Part shown: piece by piece, positions 12,935 through 26,576 of the stretch
Position numbering within the stretch: position 1 is the first letter of the stretch
Layout of the letters: every line of letters begins with the position of its first letter
Assembly (NCBI GenBank): GCA_000934665.2
Contig: KZ538360.1
Location: 1-64,000 of the forward strand
Length of the DNA: 64,000 bases
Source: Catajapyx aquilonaris
Lineage: Eukaryota
Reading direction: 5' to 3'
Translations under genes and position numbers: made by a program
The notes under the pieces: generated by a model
Seen by the model: only the letters and a program-made list of their open reading frames with translations
What the model was told of the DNA's origin: nothing
Databases searched by the model: none

Positions 12935-13180
12935 TGGCGCCTGTTTGAATTAACACCTCCGAACCCCCGTCCTTCGCAGACAGGTATACCAAAAACTGCC
13001 TCGTGTTGACTCTACACCGAAGCCATCTTTCCTCCTAAACCACTTGACACTCCCGTCACGGCCATTACCCTATTACAATCTCCTGATCGAAACCGCCTCA
13101 TGTCCAAGAACCCAGCTCATTAAAAACTGCGCCTAAAATACCTCGGCTTAGACCCAGCCATAAAACACTATACAAAATCA
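12935..13180 (+). mobile_element. Degenerate LINE RT fragment (Jockey/CR1-like)
   Basis: Ordered motifs 'NTSEPPSFAD' (~YTSDIP...FADD), 'KNCLVL', 'TEAIF' (~KTEAILF), 'LKYLGLD'. Internally deleted. Confidence 0.4.
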
Positions 13181-13185
13181 ACAAA

Positions 13186-13235
13186 ATCTTGTATATAAAA
13201 TGCAACGTTTGTTTGTCCATATTTTGCTCCTAATA
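13186..13235 (+). mobile_element. Possible non-autonomous Helitron 5' end
   Basis: a|TCTTGTATATAAAATGCAACGTTTGTTTGTCC resembles arthropod Helitron 5' ends (TC..TATAAA then GTTT repeats). No matching 3' hairpin/CTAG end established. Confidence 0.2.
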
Positions 13236-14939
13236 TATTGGCTGCTCAACTTACATGGAATTAGTGGTGTTCCAATGCATGTAGACGACTTTGGTGCAGC
13301 AAGTCATTGAGACGAGCAGGGTCTCCATAAGCACCACGGCCAGCAGGGTCCCATACGACGGATATTTGGCACTCATGCTACTAGGCCAGTGTTTTTCCCA
13401 CTACTTCTGAACCAGAGCACCACAGAAACAAAACACTTGTAGAATATAAGGGGTCACTGTCACTTGAACACCTCCATGGTTGGGGCCGATTTTTTGTACG
13501 GCCCGGCCCCCCCTGGGTTGGGTTCAAAAACCCTCCCCCCGGAAATCACATGCCCAGATAGGGCCCCGACACCACGACCTTTTGACCCACCAAAACGCAC
13601 TGGGTCAAATGGCGGCGCGCACTTTTTTTTGACACACGGCGGGCGGCAAGAGGCGGCCTGGCCGGTCCCTCGTTGGATTCTGGCCGCGTCTGGCTCCGAA
13701 CCGGGTTCACTCAGCTCAAAAGCACCCCCAACTCTCTCTAGCCACCCCACCCCCCAGCAACCCCCTCTCTCCGTTGGAGCCAGGCAGCCAACCAGACACG
13801 AGGACCCTTGCCAACCGCGGCCTTCTCCGGGGCCTCAACAGACCTGGACCACCCTCAAGGTCACAAGGTGGGGGCCGCTCTCACTGATACTCACGTGGAC
13901 AATATTAAATTTTTTTAAAACAATTTTAAAAATAAATAAACAAAACAGGACGTGCCGTTTGTTCTGGGTGGGAGTGATTGTTAATGTAGGGACATAGTTA
14001 TGGGAGTTTAACTGCCTCAGGGGGGCCCTCCATAAAACGGAGCCGAAAATTCATTACAGATGATTTTTTTTTTTGTAATTTCGTGTTTTAGTACATGCCT
14101 GTTGACCCAAGGTTAATTTGCTTTTGTGGGACTGCGGCTGGGTTAACAGCTTCTTACATCCGGTGACAAATATTTCTGGCTTGCGACACTTATGGTATGC
14201 CGTCTATACGCCTATGCCTATTCCTCATCTTTTACTAAGCTATTAATGCTAATAAGCATTTCATAAAATAATAATTAAAAATAACATTAACAGCCTGATA
14301 GTTAATAAGTACTATGTGGAGTTAACTCGCGTCTCCCTTCATCGCTGACTACCCCTTATTATGGGAGAAAATAATGTCGTGATGGTGATGTTGTTGATAG
14401 TTAATATATTATACTAAAAATAAGTATGGCTGATATAAAAATTAAAAAAATAATAATCAAACAATATTTGTTGATGCACTAGCATTAATTCATTAATTGT
14501 ATTTCAAATAATACTGATTACAATGTTTGACGGCATATAAGCCCCCCCCCCCCCAAAAAAAAAGCTCAAAAATCGTCCCGCGTCGTAAATGTCAAAATAC
14601 AATAATGCAGTGTATTAAAATGTCCCCACCCCTGAATATAATCTGCTGTAATGGTTGCACTTACGGCATAATAGCAATTTCGCTTACCTGCACATATACA
14701 GTAACCGCAATTGCAGTAACACACCCGAGAGGCCTGTGTAGCGACGCATAATCAGACCTGAATATGTACAAAATGTGGGTGATTCATAATGACCGGAGTG
14801 TATATAACCTAATTGCGGAATGGGAGGGGGCCGGGCATTATATGCGGGGTTGAAGGTCACTCATTGCACGCTATATTTAGAAAGGTAACACCTAAGTACT
14901 ATGCATAGCATGTTCCGGAAATGGAGGCCGCTAATCCGA

Positions 14940-15450
14940 TTAGGTCATAAATTCCCGGACTGCACGAATGAAATCACCCCGATCGAGCCGATGAGTAATG
15001 CTTGCACGCAAATTTTTGCGCAAACAGATTGCGATACACTGAACACATTGTCCACTCTAGCAACCTGTTTGAAGCGAAGCAATTTAATTTTGGAGGGGGA
15101 AAAAAATGGGGGACTTTTCTCCAGCTTCCAACTCAATGAAACTCGAGATTTAATGTTAATCGGGCAATAAATCGAGTCCATAATTCCTATGTTAATTCCG
15201 TCGTTAAGGGAAACCGGTTCAAACTGTGGATGGCCAGAATGACAAGAAGGTTCGTAACGCGATCTGGTCCGAGCATCGTGCCAAAGAGGTGATGATCACT
15301 GATCACAATGTTCAAGTAGGCACAAAATGGTTGGTGAGGCATCAATACCTCCCTAAATGAGCATTCTCTCTGTTGATTTTGATAACAAAGGGGAGGGGAT
15401 CCCGTGAAATCTAAACGTGAAAATGCCTGATGCCATCCGATCGTACTGTG
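14940..15450 (+). mobile_element. Degenerate Ty3/Gypsy integrase core-to-C-terminal fragment
   Basis: Ordered motifs 'ITPIEPMSNACTQIFAQT' (~TPYHPQSNGxAERFVQT), 'DLMLIGQ*IESIIPMLIP' (~ELMFGRxIRTxLPxLxP), 'HRAK...VQVGTKWLVR...PK*' (~RAK..LxVGDxVLVR..PKW). Confidence 0.55.
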
Positions 15451-18400
15451 TGTGTATATGGGTAGGGGAATGTTCCCCCCCAAATTAATGATCTCTCATG
15501 TAAATTGTCAGGGGTTGAAAAATGAAGCCTGTACACAGCATTATAGGGGGAGCAATTACAAGCACTGCGCCTTTCAATCTCTCCCTAAAACACGATCGAA
15601 AAAAAGGCACAATGAAAGAGACTTTGGTTGTTGCGGTTTACAGCATCCAGTGCTCCAGGCTTAATACATATACAACAGAGATGTGTAACAGAATAATTAT
15701 GGCATAGTTACTGCACAATTTTGGGAGGGTTTAAAAAAATTATTTGCATGATAAAACCGAGGTTATGACAGATTGGAGCGAGTCAATGAACTGCACTGTA
15801 GCAGATGGCTCTACGTATAAATAGAATAGGAACTACTGAATTTTATAAAACGTGATATATTTTTCGCCAAAATTGACTCCAGATCATCACTTATGCGGAC
15901 CTACCCCCATAAACCTAAATGGGCTCCAATTATTTTTACAGCTGCATAAGTCGTCGCAGTATATTCTCTGGTCGTTTGATCACACGGACCACATGTGTTA
16001 CACAAGCCAATTATAATTGTGGCATCATGTGGTGAATCAACGAGACAGTTTGATTTAGCCACTTATGCCCAGGCAAATGATTTTGATCCAGTTTGAAGCC
16101 TTGTAACCATTCGCTTTATCCAAAAGGTCAAAACCAGGTTTCTTCCACCAACCCTTTTTTTTCTTCTTCTATTCGAAGCCGTGAAAATGTCAGAAAAGTG
16201 AAATGTTTCCCGCCTGCAGTGGCATAGCCCTAGCGGCTCAATTCACTCCAAAAGTACTTTTCTTAGCACAGTTTTTTTGGGGGTGGGAAAAAGGTGGGTG
16301 AGGCTGCTTCCCAGCTTCAAAAAGACCGAACTCGAGCTTCACCGGTACGGAAAGAACAATTTTTCTCCTCGAATCGATCCTGAAATGTAGCTCCCATTCG
16401 ATATATACCGCAACAATGAATCAAAAAGTGCCCAATTGTTTCCGAACACTGTCAATATTCCAACACCCCACTTGTTTAAAAAAATTGAATATATAAATAA
16501 ATAGCTTGTAATATTGACAATTCACAATTTGAATATTATATCCGTCACATATTAATAATAATTTGCTTGCACTATAATATCTAATTCAAAAAAAATCGAA
16601 TAAATAATTAGCAATATTCCCACTGCACTTTTTGCAATATTGCAATATTTCCAATTAGCTTTTGTAAAATAAATTGTTTGCACTATTTCTAATTAATATT
16701 TGTGTTAAATAATTTGCAATATTTTCTAGCTCGACGTTTTAAAAAAATTAAAATAGATAAATATCGGATATGTGAACCAAAGTCGCTCGTGGCCTGTAAT
16801 GAGAACATTAATTTGGCCCGCCTAATTAAAGGCTATCATTCCCACCACAATGTACTGTACATGTTTCCAGTGCAGCCATAATGAGGCATTGTTTTTGATC
16901 AACCCACTGTTTATTTTGAAACCCACCCACCCGCCCTCTCTCTCTCTCTCTCCAAAATATTTTGATCGTCCCCTCTGGGTTAAGACGAGGCCCCCTTAAA
17001 TCCTAATAAAAAGCATGGGTGACACAGACGGACATAAATAAGCGCAAATATGACATCCCGCGGACATTATTGCCAGCCCAGCCAGATGCTAATTGTGAAA
17101 TGAGGCAGGCTGAAAGCAGCTTCTGGTACACATATCCCCCCCCNCCCCCCCCTCAGTCAGACATTTGGAACAAGAAGAGAGGGGGAAACAGCCGCCATCT
17201 TTGCTCTTTGTCACCTTCCCCACCACCACACCATCCAACCCTCAAGACACATAATTACTCTCCCTTTGTCTCCCTTTTGTCAATTTGGGACGCAAAATCC
17301 GAAGGTCGAGACTAGGGGCGACCATAATCCATTTTCCTCTGTGACAATCGTTACCACTTGCTACTCCCCTTTGTCTCTTTTGGCGGGCTTTTGGCGCGCG
17401 AAACTGAAGAGCCCCGTTGGCGTGGGGTTTGGTGAGAGACAAAACCACGCAATGTTCCTTGGCCTTTGGGATGAAAACTGAGGGTTTTCGGCCTCGTGAA
17501 TGGGAACTAAGGGTTGGTTGCCAAGACAGTACTTTTTTTACTCAACATTGCTCGGTTTATGCCTGGGAGGCTAATATTAACTGCGGCTGGAATTAGGTTA
17601 AAATGTCTAGGGAGAAGACTCGTGAATCACACTTATTATGATTATTTAAAAAAAATGATGTCAAATATGATAGTAATGCAGACGTTTATGCGGTACACAG
17701 AAGACAAAAGCATGACAGTTATTTCGAGTCAAGGGTCAGGGATATGGCCCTCTCAAAAAATGAAGCAAACACATATGAGAGCCAAGTTTTGACGTCGTCT
17801 GACTCGTGTCCAAATTGCTAATCTACTGCTTGAAATTTATTGCAGTCACTCTGTGGTATACCCTTTCATGCGCGGTAAATCAAGAGGAATTAAAGTGTCT
17901 TTTCACGTTTGTCCGCATGAGGTGAGGACGTGTACTGTCCCAAGCGAGAAAGATGAGTTTTCACTGGAAAAGTAAACACCCGGGCAAGTGCAACACAAAC
18001 AGGACGTGTCACACTCTCGGAGCCTTGTTCGGAGGGGCTGGAAAGATCAAAGCTATAATCATATGGTCATTTATCTAGCACGTGTCGACACAGTGTAGCT
18101 TCTCATCGCACGAGTAAAGAGTCCCAGGACGTGAATTTTGTACAGTAGTTATGTAATTGCACTGTACAGTATCTCATTACGTAGATATTGCTGGAGGGGA
18201 TTTTTCAGTATACATTCCGGTGTTTGACTTACAATATTGAAAATGTTGTAACCGCATTCATTACATAATTTCTAACCTACTCACTCTAATCATATTTTTA
18301 CAAGCTGATGTAAGGTATACATTTCTCGCGGCCTAAACAGATCAATAAAGGCCTAAATTTTGACGAAGATGTCAAGTATTTTAGGTACTATTTTGCCCAG

Positions 18401-19099
18401 GGTAATATGCACTGTACGTGTGCTGAAGAGAAATCTTACAATTAGTGATGCTTTCAAATATTAATTAGACCAAACCTAGGGTTAACATTTCATACGTGGT
18501 CCTAACCACAACCGGAGCAGCACTGTAAGCTGCAAATCAGCGAAGATATCCTCTTGCAAATGAATTTAGCTTGTATAGCCCGACATAACTGATTCAGGTA
18601 ATGGTAATACACGCATGTGTCTGTTATACTGTACATAAAAATATTTTGTGGTTCGTTTTTTTTCATGGTTCAAAAAATAGTGTCTCGGATGAATGACTAT
18701 TATTTTTGACATTTTGTCCACCGGAAATTTTCACTTATCCGTGTAAACCGTACCGCTTAACCCTCAAAACGTCGATTTGTACGCCCCCCAGTTTTTTCCC
18801 CCACAAAACCCCTTCAAAAAGTGAACGGAAGCGCCCCTTCATGTAGAGCACTTCCTTTCCTTTCTCACATTCCCTGCTGCGCAGGCCCCCCAACAATGCT
18901 CCCTTTCAACCCCAATTACCTGCAACCCCTTTGAGTGTTAACCCCCTGCAATAGTCCCCCTTTCAATTTTTTTAATTTTGTAAACCCCCCCTCTAGTTTT
19001 ACTTTTTTCCCCTCCTTTAGTGGTGTTGATATCACCAGTCGTATCGCTTCTTTTCCCACCAGCTGCTCCTCCTGTCATCTCCTGTTTCTCAAAGCTCCA

Positions 19100-19500
19100 A
19101 TCAAGATGGTCGCCTAGGCCTAGAATACAACTACTGGTTTTTGTTTGAGCAGGTAGGCCATGTTCTACTCTCAAATTGGCTCCTGCTTCAATTATAGAAA
19201 ATAATTAAAATAATAATAATTACTTAGAAGCTGAACCAAGATGGCCGCCAAGTACAGCCCTAGGCCTAGCCTACTGCTAATTTTGCTTATTGGTTTAGTT
19301 TTTTAATTCTCGAATTGTCTTTTGCTTTTATTATTGCCGAATTGGCTGATGTTTCTTTTGTAAAAATTAATAACGTTTGTTAACAGGGTTGAACCAAGAT
19401 GGCTGCCTATAGTGACACCACTTGCCTAGGCCTACATGTCTGGTTTTGTTCTGCCCATTGTGTCTATGTCGGGCTTTTCATTGGCGAATTGACTGGTGTT
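19100..19500 (+). repeat. Degenerate tandem repeat, three ~135-158 bp units
   Basis: CAAGATGG at 19102, 19237 and 19395, each followed by CCTAGGCCTA. TGAACCAAGATGGC is identical in units 2 and 3, and CGAATTGRCTGRTGTT is shared by units 2 and 3. Confidence 0.7.
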
Positions 19501-21249
19501 CCCATCGGAGAAGAGAAGAGCAATTACCCCATCTGCATTTTTGTTCCGCTAGAAGCTTGATCGACAACGAAATTGCAGTGTTGAAAACAATTAGCGTGTC
19601 CTGCAGCCGTAGATCTGGGGGCTTCATCGTTTCCCATTCCGGACCTGCCCCGTGTAATTAATCCCTTAAAAAACACCCCTAGTCCGATAGACTTGTCGAC
19701 TGTTGCGCCGTACTAATGTTCTTCTCTCAAATGGACTTGAACACGTCCGTTTCCACACGCGATATATGCACCACCCGACCAGCCTTCTGGCCAAAGTCAA
19801 CACATCTCTATTGTGATAGTCAGTCCCAATCCCAAATCCCGTATTTTTTTGCAGGATACAGGCGTGTAACTATGGGGTGTCACAGAAGGTGACGTGCTTT
19901 CTATCAGAATATGCCTGGCAGCCATATCAATCACAATTGCCCGCAACGCAATTAATCCTAGCCTAGGGTGGTTCAGGTGTACGCAAAAGTGCGAGTGGAA
20001 ATTTGATTCGCACGCCTGGATGGAAAAGGTGCAAAAGGAGGGCCCTCGTTTGGTGTGTTCATGGCCCGATGCACATGCACATGGGAATGGGATGTACTTG
20101 TGCACTGATCGATGTATGGGACCATCCAAATGCACACTTTTTGTCCTTTTTTTTAAAAAAAAGCCGGGGGATCGCAGGCATGCCTGTATTGAACCTGCAA
20201 TGTGTGCGATGGCGTGTCAGTGAAAGGTTTCCACTCGTTTTGAGTGCTTGTTCCATACATCCTTATTGTAGGAATGCGGAATGAATTTTTGTTGGAAATG
20301 AAATGGAATTGCATGGGCTTACAGTACGAACATTTTTGTGATTGTCATGAGAGTTCCAACTGAACGTCATATTTAGCCACATCAATACGCTTAGGTCACC
20401 ATAACAACAAATGCCAGAGTCCAAGTAATAAATTTTTGCACATAAAAATATCCCAGACCCCGGAGTGTTTATTCACGCCCCTAGCGGCCGATCCTTGCAA
20501 ACATGCTCCGACGTTGCCAGATGTTGCGTTCATTGGACCGCATCGATGCCAATCACAAAAGAAATTCAGTTTCACGCGTTATAAATGGTCCGGCGGTCAT
20601 GACACCGTAAATCTCTGAACGGCAACGACAACTCTCTCTCACCTCGCTTCATCATCATATTATTGTTCGGCGCAACCAAATATGAAAAGGTCCGACACCG
20701 TCACTCTTTTGGTATGTTGCATGCACTCCGGTTTGACATACAGCGTCAGCGGCGGGTGAAAAATAAAATGCTGATGGGTCGAACCGTGTCGTCATTGTAA
20801 AGGCCAAGGGATACAAGCCTTCATTAGTCGAACCGATTTGTAACTCTCATTTTTGATGCCTGTCCGACTCCATTCTTGCAACCCACTTCACCTGAGGCGG
20901 GAACAATTTTTTTTTTGACCATCTCAAACCCGGTTCTCCATGTCTTCAATGGACACTACCAGGGTGTGTTAATTACCGTGTTTTTTAACCCTACCAGTAC
21001 CGAAAATAGTTTGGGCAAAGTGGCTACATGCGGAGTCCAAATGATGGGGACAGGGACAGATACCATCGACTCGTCAGGCAGACCTCAGACCCTAGGGCTT
21101 CCTTTTCCCAAGCACATCAATACCTTCACTCATTAGTCAAGCAATTATAAGAGAAAGAGAAATGGTCCTCGGTTAATCTCCGCCTAAGAATACAAGGCGG
21201 TTGTCACTACATCATCTTCAAGATTGAAGCCAAGGTAGCCAATAAATAG

Positions 21250-23530
21250 CGTATAGGTTCAAAGACCTGCTGAACTTTTTTCTTGTTGTGAGTCACCCCA
21301 AAAAATGTGATTGTTGTTGTTTCGTCCGGATGTGGAGGGGTCCTGAGAACGGGGTGTAGGAGCGTCTTCCAACCTGGGACGGAATTAATAGCGGGGCGAG
21401 GGCAAGCTTATTGAAACCGAGATTGCGTTGGCACATTCTCCTACGTGACCTCGGTCTGTTTCTGGTCATCATTATTCGCTTGGAAAAACGAGAAACACCG
21501 TTAGCTCACGATTCCCAGCGGCCATGACCAATGCAGCTGGAAGACTTTACTAAGCAAAACAGATATTGGAGTCGATATAAATGACAAAAGCTGAAGCTTT
21601 CCCCGCCATTAGCTGAAGCTTTCCACATCATTAGCTGAAGATTGCTCAGCGAGCTACACGTGGCCAAAAAATTGCAGAAAACTTGCGCGAAACCTGGAAT
21701 CGGAGGCCCCCAGTGTGCAACCCCATGACAAATGGGCGTTCATCAAGCGCTAATTGCTTGTTTCATTCCCCTCGCAGCAGGACTATCGTTTTCATTTGCG
21801 TCCCAGTGCTCCGACCGCCGATGCCCACTGTCTTCGACCGGGGCCATCAATATCCTCTAATGCTGGGTAGTGGCCTGGGTACGTCGATGCGGGGGTGAAT
21901 CAATGCGCCATGTGCTCTATCTACGTCCAAGGTAGAGTGAGAAGCACGGATTGCAATTTTGGAAAAGCAAACTTGGAACGTGGCAAGCATGATTGGGAAG
22001 GTCTGTTCGATACTCGTGTACGACATGTCGATCTTTCCCATGAAAATCAAATATTTGTTGAAAAAATTTGACGTAAAATGTGGTTGTGATATTTCTCAAG
22101 TACTAGGACGCTACCGCAGTGCGGCGCTGTCCATCCCAGCTGACCCCCTCACATCGTGTCTCGCAACTTAGAAAATTTGATCACAATCAATACCTTTTCC
22201 AGCGCCTGGCTTTCCATGCAAATGAGACCCCTTTAGGCCAGATAATGCAGTGCCAATGAGTTTATTAGTAATTGGGCAAATGAGCATTTGACGTCCACCC
22301 TCCGGGAGGGTTGCCCGCCCGGCCCAGCTCGGAAGGAAGTCCGGAGCCCGCCACACCCTCGATAATCTATGCCGTGTCTTCCCGATCCAAAACGTTTTAT
22401 CTCAATGGAAAAAAATGAGGGAGGGCAGGACCACCAAATATATCGAAATGAATGCATGCAAATGGGCGGATGCCGGTTTTTGGCTGGCTCCGAAATTACA
22501 GGGGACCGCTCGCTTCCAAATGGCACCACCCGTCCGGGGGTCATCCAAATGTGATGTTGGAGGGGGGAAAAACTCACACATAACATGCTCACTCCCCACA
22601 CACACAAATATTTGAGCTCCATCACCGATGCGATAAGAACGGTTCCATGTGTTCTGGAGCGACGCCTATCTCTGATGCCTCCTGGCACGTACTTGCCCAA
22701 TTTATCGGGGCCTGCTCCACACTTTTCGCCCGGGTTTAATTTACGCCGACACCCTCACAATTAAATACATCAAACTGAGTGATAGACCAGCTGGACATGA
22801 CGACCGCTCTATAAATCCTTGATGATTTTAATCGCTTCGAGAGAATAATCCGTTTTGAGGCGACGGTTTTTTGGGGAAGAATGCGGTCCTTCTGAGAGAA
22901 AATGCGGTTTTATTATGTGCACCAATTTGCATAACATATGGGCATACTTATCAGACATCGTAGAATATTCATAGAATACAATAAATGCTCGGTGACTCAC
23001 CAGCATATACCTAGACTATTAATATAATAAAATAGAAAATTAATTAAATTACTCGAACTTTGATTTCATGGCTTTTGCAGCATGTGGTCTAACAGTAAGT
23101 AGCAGCCCAAATGGCCAGGAGGTAAATGAGCACAGGAGTCATGAGAGTTGAAGAATGACCCGGCGCCATTAAATTCACCGCGGTGTGTCTCAGGCAATAC
23201 GTCGGCATCAATCGTCGCCCCTATCAACCCTAACACGCCGTATAAATTCAAGACCGCAAAAGTGACAAAAGTTAATCTCTTCAAAAAAAGTTTTTCTCAA
23301 AAAAAAAACTTATATTTTTTGTAGCAACCACCGCATGCTTTGGGTCAATGTTTCGCGGTGCTCCGGAGACGACCATGAGAATGCAAGGCTTCCTTTGGCC
23401 AAAAACGAAGCTCATTTGTATCAGTCACTATTATTCTTACATGCCTTCTGAGCCTGACAGCAGAAACGAGCTTTCTCTCAATACGGACCGCGGCAAACTG
23501 TACTTGAAAGAGAGAAATCTATTACCCAGG
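21250..23530 (-). mobile_element. Degenerate LINE ORF2 relic with endonuclease, tether and RT in order (CR1/L2/Jockey-like)
   Basis: Minus strand, 5' to 3': 'RIIVTDT', 'VLNLYG', 'RGEFNG' (~GDFN), 'KTDYSL' (~IDY); 'KYVP', 'WMT'; 'LICPIT', 'GKP/WK', 'RNITTTFYVKFFQQIF' (~RPISLL..KIFEKII), 'HST', 'LDVDRAHGALIH' (~LDxSKAFDxVxH), 'SIRG', 'LTVFLVF', 'DDQK', 'TFFGVT'. Many stops and frameshifts. Confidence 0.65.
21589..21640 (+). repeat. 22-bp tandem repeat, ~2.4 copies
   Basis: AGCTGAAGCTTTCCCCGCCATT / AGCTGAAGCTTTCCACATCATT / AGCTGAAG. Confidence 0.9.
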
Positions 23531-26500
23531 CACACACAGCGCAAGACTCTTGCAAGCATCCTTTTCTTTACCCGCACTTTTTAACTCTCCCGGTTTTAGA
23601 AATTTACTGGAGACTTTTCCAGGACACGGTTAATTACCTGGAAGCCCCCCCCCCCTATTTACTATGGCTTTTCTTGCTCGAAAGTGCATTCAAACTCGTC
23701 TCCGATTACAGTCTTTGGTGCTGGGATAATTCCTGGGGAGGACCCCCGAGACATACAATTTGGGGGCAGCTGCACGCCTATACACGTTGAGCATCTTAAG
23801 ATTCCAGCACATGCTGGTACTACACACACATCTGCCGGAATTTTTTATTATATTTATTTATTTTATTTATGGCCCGAAGCAGGAAGTGGCTAGAGTTATC
23901 GCTGCGTAATTCGGACTTGATTGCGTATCTTTAAAAAAATGAGGGTCATAACTATTTATGACGTATTTGCGCGTATGTTAGGAGCGTGTACGCACAAATC
24001 AAAATGTACAAGAATGCTCCTTTAATATTTTTTTTGGAACAATCTTAGCACCTGGTCCAGGTGCAACTGGCGAGTACATGATGAATTTGAAAGTCATTTT
24101 TTTCCCTCCATGTTGATGATGGGTCACGCGATGACTTTTTTTTTGTCGTAACGGATTTTACTATGTTAACACAAGGTTTTGTTTTAATTTGCAAAATTGG
24201 TACAAACTGTTTTCAGGGACATTGAATTTTTTTTTGTGGGTTCTGTTCAGTGCGAATTAGGGAACATGCCTGCAGCTCCTTATCCACTCTTCCGAAAAAA
24301 GGGTTTTCGTGTACCGGGAAGGAACCGCCTTTTTCATGGGAAAAATTGCAACAATTTCAGCTGGCCTGATAACACCTGAACAGCCAGTAATTGTTAGCAA
24401 ATTTTTTTGCACCTGCGACAAAGCCTATACCCTGGAAATGGCATACAAACACGAACTCTGATTTCATTTCCCCTTTTATTCAGACGCAAAATTTATGCCC
24501 TCTTTTACGGCAATAAAAATGAGCCGTTTTGTAAAACCGGGATGTAAACCGTAATAATATCGTAATTCAATTTAGTACGTGGATTTTTGTTGGATTCGAA
24601 TTGCCCGGGCGTGACGATATTGACCCAGAGCGGCTAATAACTGAGTTTTCTGAGGCAATAAACCAAAAAGCGCGAACAAGCAGGTAAGGCTCGAAAATTG
24701 TGTTTTACTGTCACCAAATCTGTTTAATACTTCTCTCTTTTTTATTCTCCGGCAGTCCGGCAGCGTTTGCATGCCGAGGTCGTAAACATGCGACCCAAAA
24801 TTATGGTCCGAAATTACACTCCTCCCAGAATAATGCTGGGAGCTTCACCTCTTGAGGCAGAGAAAACGGCCTGTTGGAAAGTGTGAAAATAACGCCTAAT
24901 TTATAGGTACGAATTTGATGTTGCTAATTGTAAAAGGTGTTATTAACCATCCGTGACCTAAATTCCTCCTCCCATATAGTTATCGAGTCCATCATTTCAC
25001 CGTAACACATTTCCAAAATAGCAAAAAGGTGAATAGCATGTAGCAGATATTATGTTGTATATTTATTGCTGGAACATTGTCCTGTACATTTCGACGTGGC
25101 ATCATAGGCCTATATAAATATATATACAATTTTTTACGCTACCCCGTGATAGGGCCATAGGCCCTAATAGGGGGGTGGAATACCACCATTTTTCCTTCAA
25201 TTTTCTGATTTTTTCTTCTAACTCCGGTGCAAGGATGAAAGGACATGAGGTAAGGATATAGGGATTTTATATACAAAATATAACAGTACGTTCAGAATTG
25301 TGAGGTACACAATTATAGGTGAATTTTAAAATGTCTCTTTTTTGGGATGTGGGGAGGGGGGAAAGAATACCTCCCATCCCCCAAATAATTCTTCTTCCCC
25401 TATGTGTACAGCACAATAATATTACTCTGAATATACTGTGTTGAAATAAATTTTTCTCACATTTTTGCTGGATTTAAGGGGCTATTAACCTTTGGTTCAA
25501 AGTTACGTAACATTCTTCCAAAAAAAAACCGTCACTCGTCACCTAACCTAACCGCAGATTGCCTCACCCTATACCACCAAAAAACCCTGGCACTCCCTAA
25601 CAAACAGGACGAGAGGTCAGGTCGACGACACACCTCTCAGACGACACAGTGGACAAATTGCGACCTTGTTACGACTCCCTGCTAATTAACTACCCCTTCC
25701 TCCAACTGACCCTTTCCATTTTTTTTTGTCAACCCCAAAACTCCTCATCCTGAGCTGTATGAACCAAGTAATATTTTAAGCCCTTGATTAGCACATTCTC
25801 ATTATCCCATAGTCCATGGGACGGAGCCATGTCTGGACTGGGGGCTAATTTACCATTGCAGTTGTTATTTCGGCGAGGGTGATGACCACTAGCCAAAAAC
25901 CCTTCTCACTTTGGACCCTTTATTTATTCCCCTGGACAGAGGATTTATCTGGCGGGATGCATCGGAGGCTGCGGCTTCATTATTCAAATTCAAACCCCGG
26001 AGTCTATAACCCCGGCCTTCGCAACCCGACCGGAACATAAATGTCAGCTCGCATGAAAGTGAGTGTACGACACGCCGTCTACAATTACCTTTTAATGGCT
26101 ACATAATTTCGGATGACGCAAGCAAAAGCTCCGGCGCAGTTTTATTTATCGACATTGTTGGTCGGATACTATGTGGTAGTGTGTGTGTGTGGGTTTCGAT
26201 TTACATGCTGCGTATGTGTAGATGATATTTGTGTACCAAAAAAAATAGTGGTGTGTTCTAGTTACGTACGTGACCTTGGAAAATGTCAAAGATTGGTCGA
26301 ATCGGATATGGCAGATTTTTTGTTACATAGACGTAATTGAAGCATCGTGGTAACCGATATAAAATGACACCGCAGCTTGTTGTTTTTTTGTTTGTTTTTT
26401 TAATGTGGCTATAAACCAATTAACACGCTATTAGACACCGGTTCAAAAGAGGCTGGCCCCGATAATTACCGAGATGTTAACTTCGTCAATTTTGCGAGCA

Positions 26501-26576
26501 GGACGTGCAACAAGTCTGGTCGCATCTGTTCACCACTGTCGCGAGCACAAGGTAGCTCAAAAAATACCTGTGGCAT

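Noticed and set aside
13464..13997. 177-aa Pro-rich ORF
   Set aside because: Low-complexity product of a C-rich tract, no ATG start and no recognisable domain.
17655..17930. Possible gag zinc knuckle ('SCPNC*...YPFMRGK...FHVC')
   Set aside because: Too few conserved Cys/His positions to distinguish from chance.
25542..25553. CCTAACCTAACC telomere-like (TTAGG) motif
   Set aside because: Only about two units, which is common inside arthropod repeats.
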